This document shows, in pieces, positions 51,022-59,600 of a DNA stretch of 64,000 nt (position 1 is its first letter; every line of letters begins with the position of its first letter). The stretch covers positions 22,720 through 86,719 of the forward strand of contig CAMWBY010000015.1 of assembly GCA_947172645.1 (NCBI GenBank), written 5' to 3'. Position numbers and translations under genes: made by a program. Source of the DNA: an uncultured Lachnospiraceae bacterium (GTDB taxonomy: Bacteria; Bacillota; Clostridia; Lachnospirales; Lachnospiraceae). The notes beneath the pieces were generated by a model. It was not told the DNA's origin, did no database searches, and saw only the letters and a program-made list of their open reading frames with translations.

Positions 51022-52770
51022 ATGAATGTGATGATTCCTATGACGGGCTACGGTTCCCGTTTTGTGGCAGCAGGCTACCAGGATTTGAAGCCTTTTATCA
51101 AGGTGATGGGCAAGCCGGTTATAGAGTGGATTGTGAAAGGAATGTATCCCCAGGATGTGAATTTTATTTTTGTGTGCCGGGGAGAACATCTTAAGGAAAA
51201 TCCGGCAATGCGAGAGAGGCTTTTGGGTATAGCGCCTGGCGCAGTCATTGTGACGATTGAAGATTGGGTGAAGAAGGGGCCCGTTTTCGATGTGCTGCGC
51301 GCGTATAAGGCTGTCCGCCAGGTGAAGAACATAAAGGGCAGCAGTGCGGACGGCAGACATCACAATAACAGGTGTCCGGAGCGTGAGTGCGGCGGTGATA
51401 TCAATATAGACGGCGTTCTGTTGTGTTGCGAGGATGTAGAAAAAATAGCCGGAATTGATTTAGAGGACGGATTTATTATCAATTACTGCGATTTCTATAT
51501 GAAATGGGACTATGCCTCTTTTGCCCAAAAAGCCAGGGAACGCGGCTGCGACGGCGCGGTGCCTTGTTACACTGGATTTCATCCGAACTTGCTTCCGGAA
51601 AAGAATTATTATGCCTCCTGCCTGACGGATGAAGAAGACAATCTCATAGAGATTCGGGAGAAATACTCCTTTGAAAAAGATAAGACAAAGGCGAAGCATT
51701 CACCGGGCGTTTACTATTTTAAGAATGGCGGAACGATGGAGAAATACTGTCAGATATTGACGGAGCATGAAGAATGTGCAATCAATGGGGAGTATTATGC
51801 GTCTTTGCCCTATCAATTCATGGTGCGGGACGGGCTGAAAGTATGGGTTCCGGCTGATGTGGAATATTTCTGCCAGTGGGGTACGCCGGAGGATATGGAG
51901 GAGTTTGTCTACTGGACGGATTTGATAAGGAAAGCCGGGAGTGAGCAGGATATTGTGCAGAAGGATGCGTGCCTTGGACGTATTTTAATCCCTATGGCGG
52001 GTGCAGGGCAGCGGTTTGCGGATGCGGGGTATCAGGTACATAAACCTGCAATTATGACGGTAGACCGCAAGACAGGGCAGGAGAAACCTATGGTGGTATG
52101 CGCTACGGCGGATTTACCGGGGGTTGCGCCGGACGGAAGCAATGTGATATACGTGGACAGGTCCTTCCACAAATCTGACGGGGTGGAAGATGTCATCCGT
52201 GCATATTATCCGAAAGTATCTTTTATTACGGTGGACCATTTGACCGAAGGACAGGCATGTACATGTATGTTGGCGGAGAATGACTTGAATCCGGAAGAAC
52301 CGTTGTTGATTGCGGGCTGTGATAATGGCATGGATATTGACAGAGAAGCTTTTTCCAGGTTGACAGAGGAATGCGACTGTATCGTGTTTACTTATCGCCA
52401 TAATGAGGCGGTGCTGGCGAATCCCAATGCCTATGGATGGATGATTGCCGATGAGGACGGGAATATTACAGGCACATCCATTAAAAAAGCAATTTCAGAA
52501 ACACCGATGGAGGACCCTGCGGTGGTGGCAACCTTCTGGTTTAAGAAAGCGAAAATATTCCTGGAGGCTACGAAGAAGATGATTGCGGAGAATGACCGTA
52601 TCAACGGGGAATACTATGTGGATCAGGTGGCAAAACACGTCCTGGATTTAGGTTACCGTGCGAAGATATTTGACATAGAACGGTACGTGGGGTGGGGTAC
52701 GCCTGCGGACTATGAAGGATACCAGAAGACATGGAAGTATTTTGAGGGGTTTCTTGCATCTGAAAAATAA
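51022..52770 (+). CDS. Tandem (duplicated) sugar-phosphate nucleotidyltransferase-like protein
   Basis: Two GT-A/NTP-transferase-like halves. Half 1: 'MIPMTGYGSRFVAAGYQDLKPFIKVMGKPVIEW ... CQWGTPEDMEEF'. Half 2: 'LIPMAGAGQRFADAGYQVHKPAIM ... VGWGTPADYEGY'. The ORF-track start at 50908 overlaps the upstream gene. Confidence 0.75.
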   Translation: MNVMIPMTGYGSRFVAAGYQDLKPFIKVMGKPVIEWIVKGMYPQDVNFIFVCRGEHLKENPAMRERLLGIAPGAVIVTIEDWVKKGPVFDVLRAYKAVRQVKNIKGSSADGRHHNNRCPERECGGDINIDGVLLCCEDVEKIAGIDLEDGFIINYCDFYMKWDYASFAQKARERGCDGAVPCYTGFHPNLLPEKNYYASCLTDEEDNLIEIREKYSFEKDKTKAKHSPGVYYFKNGGTMEKYCQILTEHEECAINGEYYASLPYQFMVRDGLKVWVPADVEYFCQWGTPEDMEEFVYWTDLIRKAGSEQDIVQKDACLGRILIPMAGAGQRFADAGYQVHKPAIMTVDRKTGQEKPMVVCATADLPGVAPDGSNVIYVDRSFHKSDGVEDVIRAYYPKVSFITVDHLTEGQACTCMLAENDLNPEEPLLIAGCDNGMDIDREAFSRLTEECDCIVFTYRHNEAVLANPNAYGWMIADEDGNITGTSIKKAISETPMEDPAVVATFWFKKAKIFLEATKKMIAENDRINGEYYVDQVAKHVLDLGYRAKIFDIERYVGWGTPADYEGYQKTWKYFEGFLASEK

Positions 52771-52833
52771 AACAGAAACTAATCAAAATAGTTTCATAGC
52801 TGATAAAATCCGAGCAGAGAGGTACAGGCATTT

Positions 52834-54948
52834 ATGTTACAGAGACTGGAAACCCTGGACTGGGAGAAGAATTACCATAGAATATTAAAAATATCTGTTA
52901 CCGTGACAGTCTTATTTAAGTTACTCTTGATGGGGCTATTTTCATCGGATTACCAGGACATGATGTTTATCCCGTTTGTCCAGTGTTTTCTAGGGGGTGA
53001 GAACCCATACCAGTATTATTATGATAATGGGCTTCTCCCTTCTTTTCCCTATCCGCCCGTTATGCTTTTCATAGAGAGTATTGGAGGGATTCTCCTTAAA
53101 TTTGGCGGTGAGCTTCCGGTTTTTCTGCATAATTTTCTCTTTAAGCTGCCTCTTCTTTTCGCAGATTTGTTGGGGCTGTACTATCTGATGCGTATTTCAA
53201 AGTCCAGGCGTAAGTATATTATGGTGTTATATTTCCTGTCTCCGGTTATTCTGTATGCTTCTTATATGCATGGACAGCTTGACATCATACCGACAGTATT
53301 TTTAGTGGCGGCCATTTACTATTTGACGAAAGCGGGTATATCGAAAGAAGAGTGTGCCCGCAATGACTGGAAATTTGTGCTGTTTTTGACGCTGTCCCTG
53401 GCGTCCAAGTTCCATATTGCGGTGGTTTTCCCATTATTTTTCCTTTATCTATATAAAAAAAGAGGAGGCAGGAAAGCGATAATTATGACGGGGCTCCCGG
53501 TCTTGTTTACGGTTGTTGCCGTGATTCCTTTTTGGGGAAGCGGTTTTCTTAGCATGGTGCTGTTTAATAAGGAGCAGAATGTCATTGATAATGTATATCT
53601 TGATTATGGCAGCGCGCATCTTCTTTTATGTGTGCTTGTACTCCTTATGATTTATTTCCAGGCTTTCCATGTAAACCAGATGAACAGGGATTTGCTTATC
53701 AGTATGGCGGGGTTGGTTTTTTCTGTATTTCTTGCGTTTGTGCCTGCCATGCCTGCATGGTATATATGGGTGGCGCCTTTTTTTATGCTGTACTTGTCAG
53801 GCTTATCAGTCAGCCGCAGTAAGATGGTTATGGTTTATGGCATGTTTCATCTGTTATACTTAATCTATTATATATGTTTCCATACCGCAGGATTTACGGA
53901 CTTATCTTTTCTGGGAAAAGATTTGGGATGGCTGAAATATCATGATGCAGGTCTGAAAGATATCGTGTTTACATTGATGGTCGGGGTATTCCTGATTCTC
54001 GTTGTCTCCATGTATCTGTACGGGGTAGGGAGTAATTCCTATTACCGGAGAAGAAACAGACCTTTTACGGTGGGTATAGCAGGGGACAGCGGCGCAGGCA
54101 AGAACAGGCTGCTTACTATGTTGGAAGAACTGTTTGGCGGGGAGAATATTCTGGATATTGAAGGAGACGGTGACCACAGGTGGGAGCGGGGCGATGCCAA
54201 TTGGGATGGCATGACCCATTTAAATCCATTGGCCAATTATCTGTACAGGCAGGCGGAGGATTTGCGCGTGCTGCGCGGGAACAATGCGGTTAAACGGGCG
54301 GATTATGACCATAATACCGGAACGTTTACAGGCAGGAAAAAGGTATCTCCGAAACCGTATATTGTTATGTGCGGCCTGCATTCGCTTTATTTGCCTCAGA
54401 TGAGAGAGGTGCTTGACTTAAAAATTTACCTGGATACCGATGAAGCGCTCAGACGGTACTGGAAAATGAGCAGGGATTTGGGTGACAGAGGGCATACGGT
54501 AAAAGAAGTTGCGGCGCAGATGGAGAAAAGACGCCCGGACGCCGAGAAGTATATCCATCCGCAGAAAAAGTATGCCGACCTTGTCATCCGTTATTATGAC
54601 GCAGCTTTGGCGGAAGACTTCAAGGACATAAAGGGTACGCATAAACCACAACTGGGAGTAGAATTTTTGATGGATGTGAGTATCAATGCAGAGCCTGTGC
54701 TTGTTCTTTTACAGGAGCAGGGTGTACACGGAAGCTTATCTTATGACAATGACCTGCTTCACCAGAGGATTGTTTTTGCGGGTGAGGATTTGGCAGTGGG
54801 AAAAGAAGTCTGGGAAAAAACTGCACGCGCGGCGGTTCTGCAGATGGAGGACTTGACAGGCGGGCACGTTACGTGGGAAGATGGCGTCAACGGATTGATA
54901 CAGGTAGTGCTTTTGGTGGTAATTGGAGAGATTATGAAGAGGGATTAG
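52834..54948 (+). CDS. Fusion of a polytopic GT-C-like membrane domain and a phosphoribulokinase/uridine-kinase-family domain
   Basis: Residues 1 to about 400 hold 10 or more TM helices with 'SSDYQD' and 'FPYPP' in early loops. Residues from about 405 to 600 read 'VGIAGDSGAGKN', 'HLNPLANYLY', 'YDHNTG', 'LDLKIYLDTDEALRRYWKMSRDLGDRGHT' and 'RRPDAEKYIHPQKKYADLVI', closely paralleling plant/cyanobacterial PRK motifs. Confidence 0.75.
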   Translation: MLQRLETLDWEKNYHRILKISVTVTVLFKLLLMGLFSSDYQDMMFIPFVQCFLGGENPYQYYYDNGLLPSFPYPPVMLFIESIGGILLKFGGELPVFLHNFLFKLPLLFADLLGLYYLMRISKSRRKYIMVLYFLSPVILYASYMHGQLDIIPTVFLVAAIYYLTKAGISKEECARNDWKFVLFLTLSLASKFHIAVVFPLFFLYLYKKRGGRKAIIMTGLPVLFTVVAVIPFWGSGFLSMVLFNKEQNVIDNVYLDYGSAHLLLCVLVLLMIYFQAFHVNQMNRDLLISMAGLVFSVFLAFVPAMPAWYIWVAPFFMLYLSGLSVSRSKMVMVYGMFHLLYLIYYICFHTAGFTDLSFLGKDLGWLKYHDAGLKDIVFTLMVGVFLILVVSMYLYGVGSNSYYRRRNRPFTVGIAGDSGAGKNRLLTMLEELFGGENILDIEGDGDHRWERGDANWDGMTHLNPLANYLYRQAEDLRVLRGNNAVKRADYDHNTGTFTGRKKVSPKPYIVMCGLHSLYLPQMREVLDLKIYLDTDEALRRYWKMSRDLGDRGHTVKEVAAQMEKRRPDAEKYIHPQKKYADLVIRYYDAALAEDFKDIKGTHKPQLGVEFLMDVSINAEPVLVLLQEQGVHGSLSYDNDLLHQRIVFAGEDLAVGKEVWEKTARAAVLQMEDLTGGHVTWEDGVNGLIQVVLLVVIGEIMKRD

Positions 54949-54957
54949 GTTAGCAGG

Positions 54958-55635
54958 ATGATAAAAGCAATTATATTTGATTTGGACGATACATTGTATG
55001 CCTATGAGCCATTGGACAAAGAAGCATGTCGGAGGGTACAGGAGTATGCCTGTGCGGAATTGGGAATCACTGTGCAGCAGTATGAGGAAGCATTTCTATA
55101 CGGCAGGAGTGAGACGAAGCGCAGTTTGGGCGATGTGGCGGCCTGCCACAACAGAATGTTGTATTTTCAAAAGACATTGGAGCGTCTTGGTGTAAATCCT
55201 GCGCCCATGTCTTTACAATTATATGAGACATATTGGGGTACTTTTTTAGAAAAAATGGTTTTACGCGAGGGCGCAAGAGAATTTTTAGATGCCATGCATG
55301 AACATGGAATCAGAGTCATGGTGTGCACTGACTTGACGGCGCATATCCAGCACCGCAAAATAGAGGCTCTTGGCATAGCGGATGATATATGCTGTTTGGT
55401 AACCAGTGAGGAGGCGGGCAGAGAGAAGCCTTCCAGGGAAATTTTTGAGTTATGTTTGGAGAAGCTGAAACTTCCGCCTGATGAAGTATGCTGCATTGGG
55501 GATAATTTTGAGAAAGATGTGGAAGGCGCAAGAGCCGCGGGAGTACAGGCGATTTGGTTCGATGCGGGCAAACCCAGTGCGGCGCAGTTTGTGGAGGCGA
55601 TGCGGGGTATTTTGGGAGAGGAGAGCCATTTATGA
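54958..55635 (+). CDS. HAD-superfamily hydrolase (subfamily IA)
   Basis: Motif I 'IIFDLDDTLY', motif II 'VCTDL', motif IV 'CIGDNFEKDVEGA'. Confidence 0.88.
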   Translation: MIKAIIFDLDDTLYAYEPLDKEACRRVQEYACAELGITVQQYEEAFLYGRSETKRSLGDVAACHNRMLYFQKTLERLGVNPAPMSLQLYETYWGTFLEKMVLREGAREFLDAMHEHGIRVMVCTDLTAHIQHRKIEALGIADDICCLVTSEEAGREKPSREIFELCLEKLKLPPDEVCCIGDNFEKDVEGARAAGVQAIWFDAGKPSAAQFVEAMRGILGEESHL

Positions 55636-56330
55636 AACTATCTATTGTTGTTCCATGTTATAATGAAGAACAGAATATTCCGTTAATCCTGGAACGGTTT
55701 GGGGAGATGATTGATAGGGATGATATTGAGGTTATTCTTGTGGACAACGGTTCCACGGATGGCAGCGCGCAGGCGCTTACACGTCTTCTTCCCGAGTATC
55801 CTTTCGCCCGGACGGTGAAGGTGGAGGTCAACCAGGGATATGGGTACGGGATTCTGCAGGGACTGAAAGAGTGTCAAGGGGAATATATCGGTTGGACACA
55901 TGCGGATATGCAGACTGACCCTGCGGATATTCTCAAGGCTTTGGCCATTATAGAAGGGGAGAGAGGATTGGTTTTTGTAAAAGGAAATCGCAAGAACCGG
56001 CCATTTTTTGATGTTTTCTTCACGGTGGGCATGAGCTTGTTTGAGACGTGTTATCTACATAAGAAATTATATGATATCAATGCCCAGCCCAATATTTTCC
56101 CTAAGGTATTTTTTGATGCATGGGAGAATCCTCCTTATGATTTTTCCCTGGATTTGTACGCCTTGTATATGGCGCGCAAGAAGAATCTGAAGGTAGTCAG
56201 ATTTCCGGTGCTTTTCCCGGAGAGGATTTATGGGGAATCAAAGTGGAATACGGGGTTAAAGGCTAAATGGAAGTTTATTAAGAGGACGATAGAATTTAGT
56301 GTGAACCTGAAGAAAAATGGAAACTTATAA
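55632..56330 (+). CDS. Family 2 glycosyltransferase, Dpm1/GtrB/ArnC-like (polyprenyl-phosphate sugar synthase type), short form without C-terminal TM helices
   Basis: 'LSIVVPCYNEEQNI', 'VDNGSTDGS', 'HADMQTDP'. ATGA overlap with the HAD gene. The ORF-track start at 55554 is an out-of-context extension. Confidence 0.82.
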   Translation: MKLSIVVPCYNEEQNIPLILERFGEMIDRDDIEVILVDNGSTDGSAQALTRLLPEYPFARTVKVEVNQGYGYGILQGLKECQGEYIGWTHADMQTDPADILKALAIIEGERGLVFVKGNRKNRPFFDVFFTVGMSLFETCYLHKKLYDINAQPNIFPKVFFDAWENPPYDFSLDLYALYMARKKNLKVVRFPVLFPERIYGESKWNTGLKAKWKFIKRTIEFSVNLKKNGNL

Positions 56331-56354
56331 TTTGTAAAGGAATGAGGGATTAAT

Positions 56355-56945
56355 ATGGAATACATAGCGCATCGGGTAAATACGGTAGATGAATTACGTA
56401 AATTGCCTCCGGAATATGGGGTGGAGTTAGATTTAAGAGATGATTTGAATGGCAGAATCTATATTTCCCATAACCCTTTTGAGGCGGGTGAGGATTTTGA
56501 GGATTACTGTAAAGAATATCATCATGGAACGATGATTCTGAATATTAAGAGCGAGCGGATTGAACATAAAGTGTTGAAATATATGAAGCAGTACCGTATC
56601 GAAAAGTATTTTTTCTTGGATTCGTCTTTTCCGATGATAAAATTGCTGACGGATATGGGAGTAAAAGATATCGCGCTCCGGTTCAGTGAATTGGAAGGGC
56701 TTGACACAATCCGTAATATGGCAGGCAAGGCGGACTGGGTCTGGGTAGATTGTTTCACGAGAATTCCACTTGACTACAACAGTTACCGGGAGTTGAAAGA
56801 TTTAGGATATAAGCTATGTTTCGTGTCGCCGGAACTAGAAGGACAGGAGGAGAAAATCCCTGCGTACAGAAAATACATAGAAGAACAGAAAATTGTGTTT
56901 GATGCGGTATGCACGAAGAGCTACCATATAGAAGACTGGATGTAA
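56355..56945 (+). CDS. GDPD-like (glycerophosphodiester phosphodiesterase / PLC-like TIM barrel) protein
   Basis: 'IAHRVNT', 'GVELDLRDDLNGRIYISHNP', paralleling the GDPD motifs HR(G) and E-x-D...HD. Confidence 0.6.
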   Translation: MEYIAHRVNTVDELRKLPPEYGVELDLRDDLNGRIYISHNPFEAGEDFEDYCKEYHHGTMILNIKSERIEHKVLKYMKQYRIEKYFFLDSSFPMIKLLTDMGVKDIALRFSELEGLDTIRNMAGKADWVWVDCFTRIPLDYNSYRELKDLGYKLCFVSPELEGQEEKIPAYRKYIEEQKIVFDAVCTKSYHIEDWM

Positions 56946-57010
56946 ATTTGGTGCCAAAGAGCTTTAAGCGCTGCCCAAATGTGCAGGCTGAGCAAGAATG
57001 GTGGATTAAT

Positions 57011-58603
57011 ATGAACAAACCAAACAAAGAAATACATATAAAAATAGTTATGGCGGCGGCAATCGTAGCAACTTTGCTTGCGGGATTGCTTATATTCTAC
57101 AGACATTGGAATTTTGAACTGCCACTGTATCCGAATGTGGATGAACAGTTGTCTTTAGACTGTATATACGACTTGTTAGGACAACATATTTATGCGGGTG
57201 ATATTTATGTATTGGATTTCTTCCGGTATCCGCATCTGACGTTCTACTATGCGGTTCTGGGGGTGCGCATTTTAGGAAAACTAATCCGGGGAGTGGATAC
57301 GGTTATCCTGCTTCGCTATGTGGTGTGCGGGACGGCGGTTTTGTCTAATCTGTGTATTTATTTTGCAGTTAAGAAAATGACAGGGGAGCGGAAATGGGGA
57401 TTCATCGGTCTGGTGCTGTCTGTCTTTTCGCTTTATGGATACGCTTACCTGTATTATACAGGCCCGGATACGATGATGTATGCGGTTGCCAATGTCATTA
57501 TGCTTCTGGGGTGTGTGATTTACAAGGATGTGCAGGAAGACAGGGTGGTTTACTTGTGGTATCCTCTCCTTGCAATCTGTATTGGTCTTGCCACCGCGGC
57601 CAAATACCACGGGATTTTATTTGGTGTATTCTGGCTTGCGCTGCATATTAAAAAGAGATATTGGAAGAACCATCGCAACAATTATTTGTTTTTCCTGAAT
57701 TGTATTGTGCTTGCGTTAGTATTCTGTCTGTGTAATTATTCGATGTTTTTTCATTTTAAAACATTTGTATGGGATAACTTGTACAACTTAAACCACTATG
57801 CCTGGGGACATCCGGGGATAGAACATAACTTTTCTCTTCTGGGGTATCTGGAAGCCTATGCGCTTACAAGTTTTGGTATTGTGGGCGGGCTGTTGCTCGT
57901 ATTAGGAATTGTTTGGCTGGTTCGCAAGAAAGACAGGCAGCAGCTTATTGTGTTTCTGATTATGCCGGTGGGTATCATACTGTTTTTATCAAAGTATAAA
58001 ATTGTGTTAGGAAGAAATCTGTCGTTGGTACTGCCCTTTGCGTTTCTGTTTATGGTATATGGACTGATGGAGATAGAAAGGCTGTTTGAAGGCCGTCGTT
58101 ATTATAAAAAGGGTATGATTCCGGCATTGATTGCTTTGATGGTAGTCTGCAACGTGGGGGTGGCTGTCAACGGTTACCGTTACCACTTGTCATATACGCA
58201 TGCGGAACATTATATCAGGACACAGATTCCGGAGGGTTCTACCGTTTATTGCACTTCCTTTGCTCCTTTGATAGATTCCAAGCGGTATCAGGTGATAGAT
58301 ATAGGGGAGGATATCAGCAGTTTGCCGGATAAGCTGAGCGATAAGGAATATTATGTGGATGTGGAATATGCCACAGGATATTTTGACCAACGTAAGGATT
58401 ATTTGATTTTTCAGGGCAAGGATATGTACCCTGACTTAAAGGATGCATACGAGAAGAAGATTGGAAGTTATACGCTGTTACAGGATTTTGCAGGCATATC
58501 CTACGGGAGAGAGTGGAGATACCGTATCGGGTATCTTGATATGTTTCGGTACAGCCCGGAGAAATATTATATTGGGCCCAGCGTTGCCATTTATGGAAAA
58601 TAG
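57011..58603 (+). CDS. GT-C-fold membrane glycosyltransferase (ArnT/PMT/YfhO-like) with a C-terminal extracytoplasmic domain
   Basis: The ATG at 57011 follows GGTGGA. About 11 TM helices, a 'NVDEQ' acidic motif in the first loop, and a soluble C-terminal tail of about 150 aa. Confidence 0.72.
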   Translation: MNKPNKEIHIKIVMAAAIVATLLAGLLIFYRHWNFELPLYPNVDEQLSLDCIYDLLGQHIYAGDIYVLDFFRYPHLTFYYAVLGVRILGKLIRGVDTVILLRYVVCGTAVLSNLCIYFAVKKMTGERKWGFIGLVLSVFSLYGYAYLYYTGPDTMMYAVANVIMLLGCVIYKDVQEDRVVYLWYPLLAICIGLATAAKYHGILFGVFWLALHIKKRYWKNHRNNYLFFLNCIVLALVFCLCNYSMFFHFKTFVWDNLYNLNHYAWGHPGIEHNFSLLGYLEAYALTSFGIVGGLLLVLGIVWLVRKKDRQQLIVFLIMPVGIILFLSKYKIVLGRNLSLVLPFAFLFMVYGLMEIERLFEGRRYYKKGMIPALIALMVVCNVGVAVNGYRYHLSYTHAEHYIRTQIPEGSTVYCTSFAPLIDSKRYQVIDIGEDISSLPDKLSDKEYYVDVEYATGYFDQRKDYLIFQGKDMYPDLKDAYEKKIGSYTLLQDFAGISYGREWRYRIGYLDMFRYSPEKYYIGPSVAIYGK

Positions 58604-58648
58604 AAACACCCTAATGAAATAAATTAATATTAAGAAAGAGAGAGTACA

Positions 58649-59518
58649 ATGCGCGAATTTGTTATTACAACGGACAGCAACTGTGATATGGACATGGCAT
58701 ATCTAAAAGAACAGGGAGTGGGCGTTATTCCCCATTATTATACGGTGGAAGATGAGATGTACGGGGAAGATAAGGAGCTGACTGTAAAGGAATTTTACGA
58801 CGCTATGCGCGCAGGCAAGAAAGCAGCCACTATGGCCAGTAATCCTGCGGTTATCAATGAACGGTTTGAGGAGTATGCCGCGCAGGGAAAGGATATTCTG
58901 CATATTAGTTTCTCCTCCGCCCTAAGCAGCGGGTACAACAATATCGTTAACGGCGCCAGTGAGACGATGGAAGAGCACCCGGAGATGAAGATTATTGTTA
59001 TCGATACGCTTTCCGGTTCCTTGGGAGAGGGTATCATGATTCGTAAGGCGGCGGAGATGAAACAGGAAGGAAAAAGTATAGAAGAGACGGCTTCCTGGAT
59101 TCGTGAGAATAGTCCTCATTTGAATATCCAGTTTACGGTAGACGATTTGAATTTCTTGTATAGGGGAGGGCGTCTGTCCAAGTCGTCTGCGATTCTGGGC
59201 ACCGTAATTAACATCAAACCGATTCTCTATTTTGACAGAGAAGGAAAACTGGTTGCGTTGGATAAGGTGCGCGGGCGCAAGAAGTCCCTTATGACATTGG
59301 TAAACAACATGGAGGCAAGACTTGGCGCATACAGGAATAAACAGGTATTTATCGGTATTGTTCACGGGGACTGTGAGGAAGATGCGAAGTATGTGGCGGA
59401 TATGGTCAGGGAACGGTTCGGATATACGGATATTGTGATTCGGCCAATTGGGCCAAGCATCGGGGCGCATTCCGGCCCGGGAGCTGTGGGACTGATTTTC
59501 CTGGGAGACGAAAAATAG
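58649..59518 (+). CDS. DegV-family fatty-acid-binding protein
   Basis: 'VITTDSNCDM', 'ATMASNP', 'LSGSLGEG', 'SIGAHSGPGAVGL'. Confidence 0.9.
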   Translation: MREFVITTDSNCDMDMAYLKEQGVGVIPHYYTVEDEMYGEDKELTVKEFYDAMRAGKKAATMASNPAVINERFEEYAAQGKDILHISFSSALSSGYNNIVNGASETMEEHPEMKIIVIDTLSGSLGEGIMIRKAAEMKQEGKSIEETASWIRENSPHLNIQFTVDDLNFLYRGGRLSKSSAILGTVINIKPILYFDREGKLVALDKVRGRKKSLMTLVNNMEARLGAYRNKQVFIGIVHGDCEEDAKYVADMVRERFGYTDIVIRPIGPSIGAHSGPGAVGLIFLGDEK

Positions 59519-59545
59519 ATAATAATAAAAAATGCACAAAAATAT

Positions 59546-59574
59546 ATTGACGTGGAGCGATACACATGATATAT
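59546..59574 (+). promoter_or_regulatory. Sigma-A promoter of the LacI-family gene, overlapped by an operator-like site
   Basis: TTGACG (59546..59551), 17 nt spacer, TATATT (59569..59574). The spacer holds ACGTGGAGCGATACACAT (59549..59566), a 15/18 match to the downstream 18-bp palindrome. Confidence 0.6.
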
Positions 59575-59600
59575 TATGCATAAGGAGAAAGGAAAGCTGC

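Noticed and set aside
55554-55631. Long N-terminal extensions offered by the ORF track for the GT2 (55554), the tandem nucleotidyltransferase (50908), the GT-C (56909), LacI (59532), the second MATE (46448), the SBP (41000), mnmE (8483) and rnpA (11272)
   Set aside because: The extensions overlap upstream genes or promoters and lack family similarity. Internal ATGs with SD sequences coincide with the conserved N-termini.
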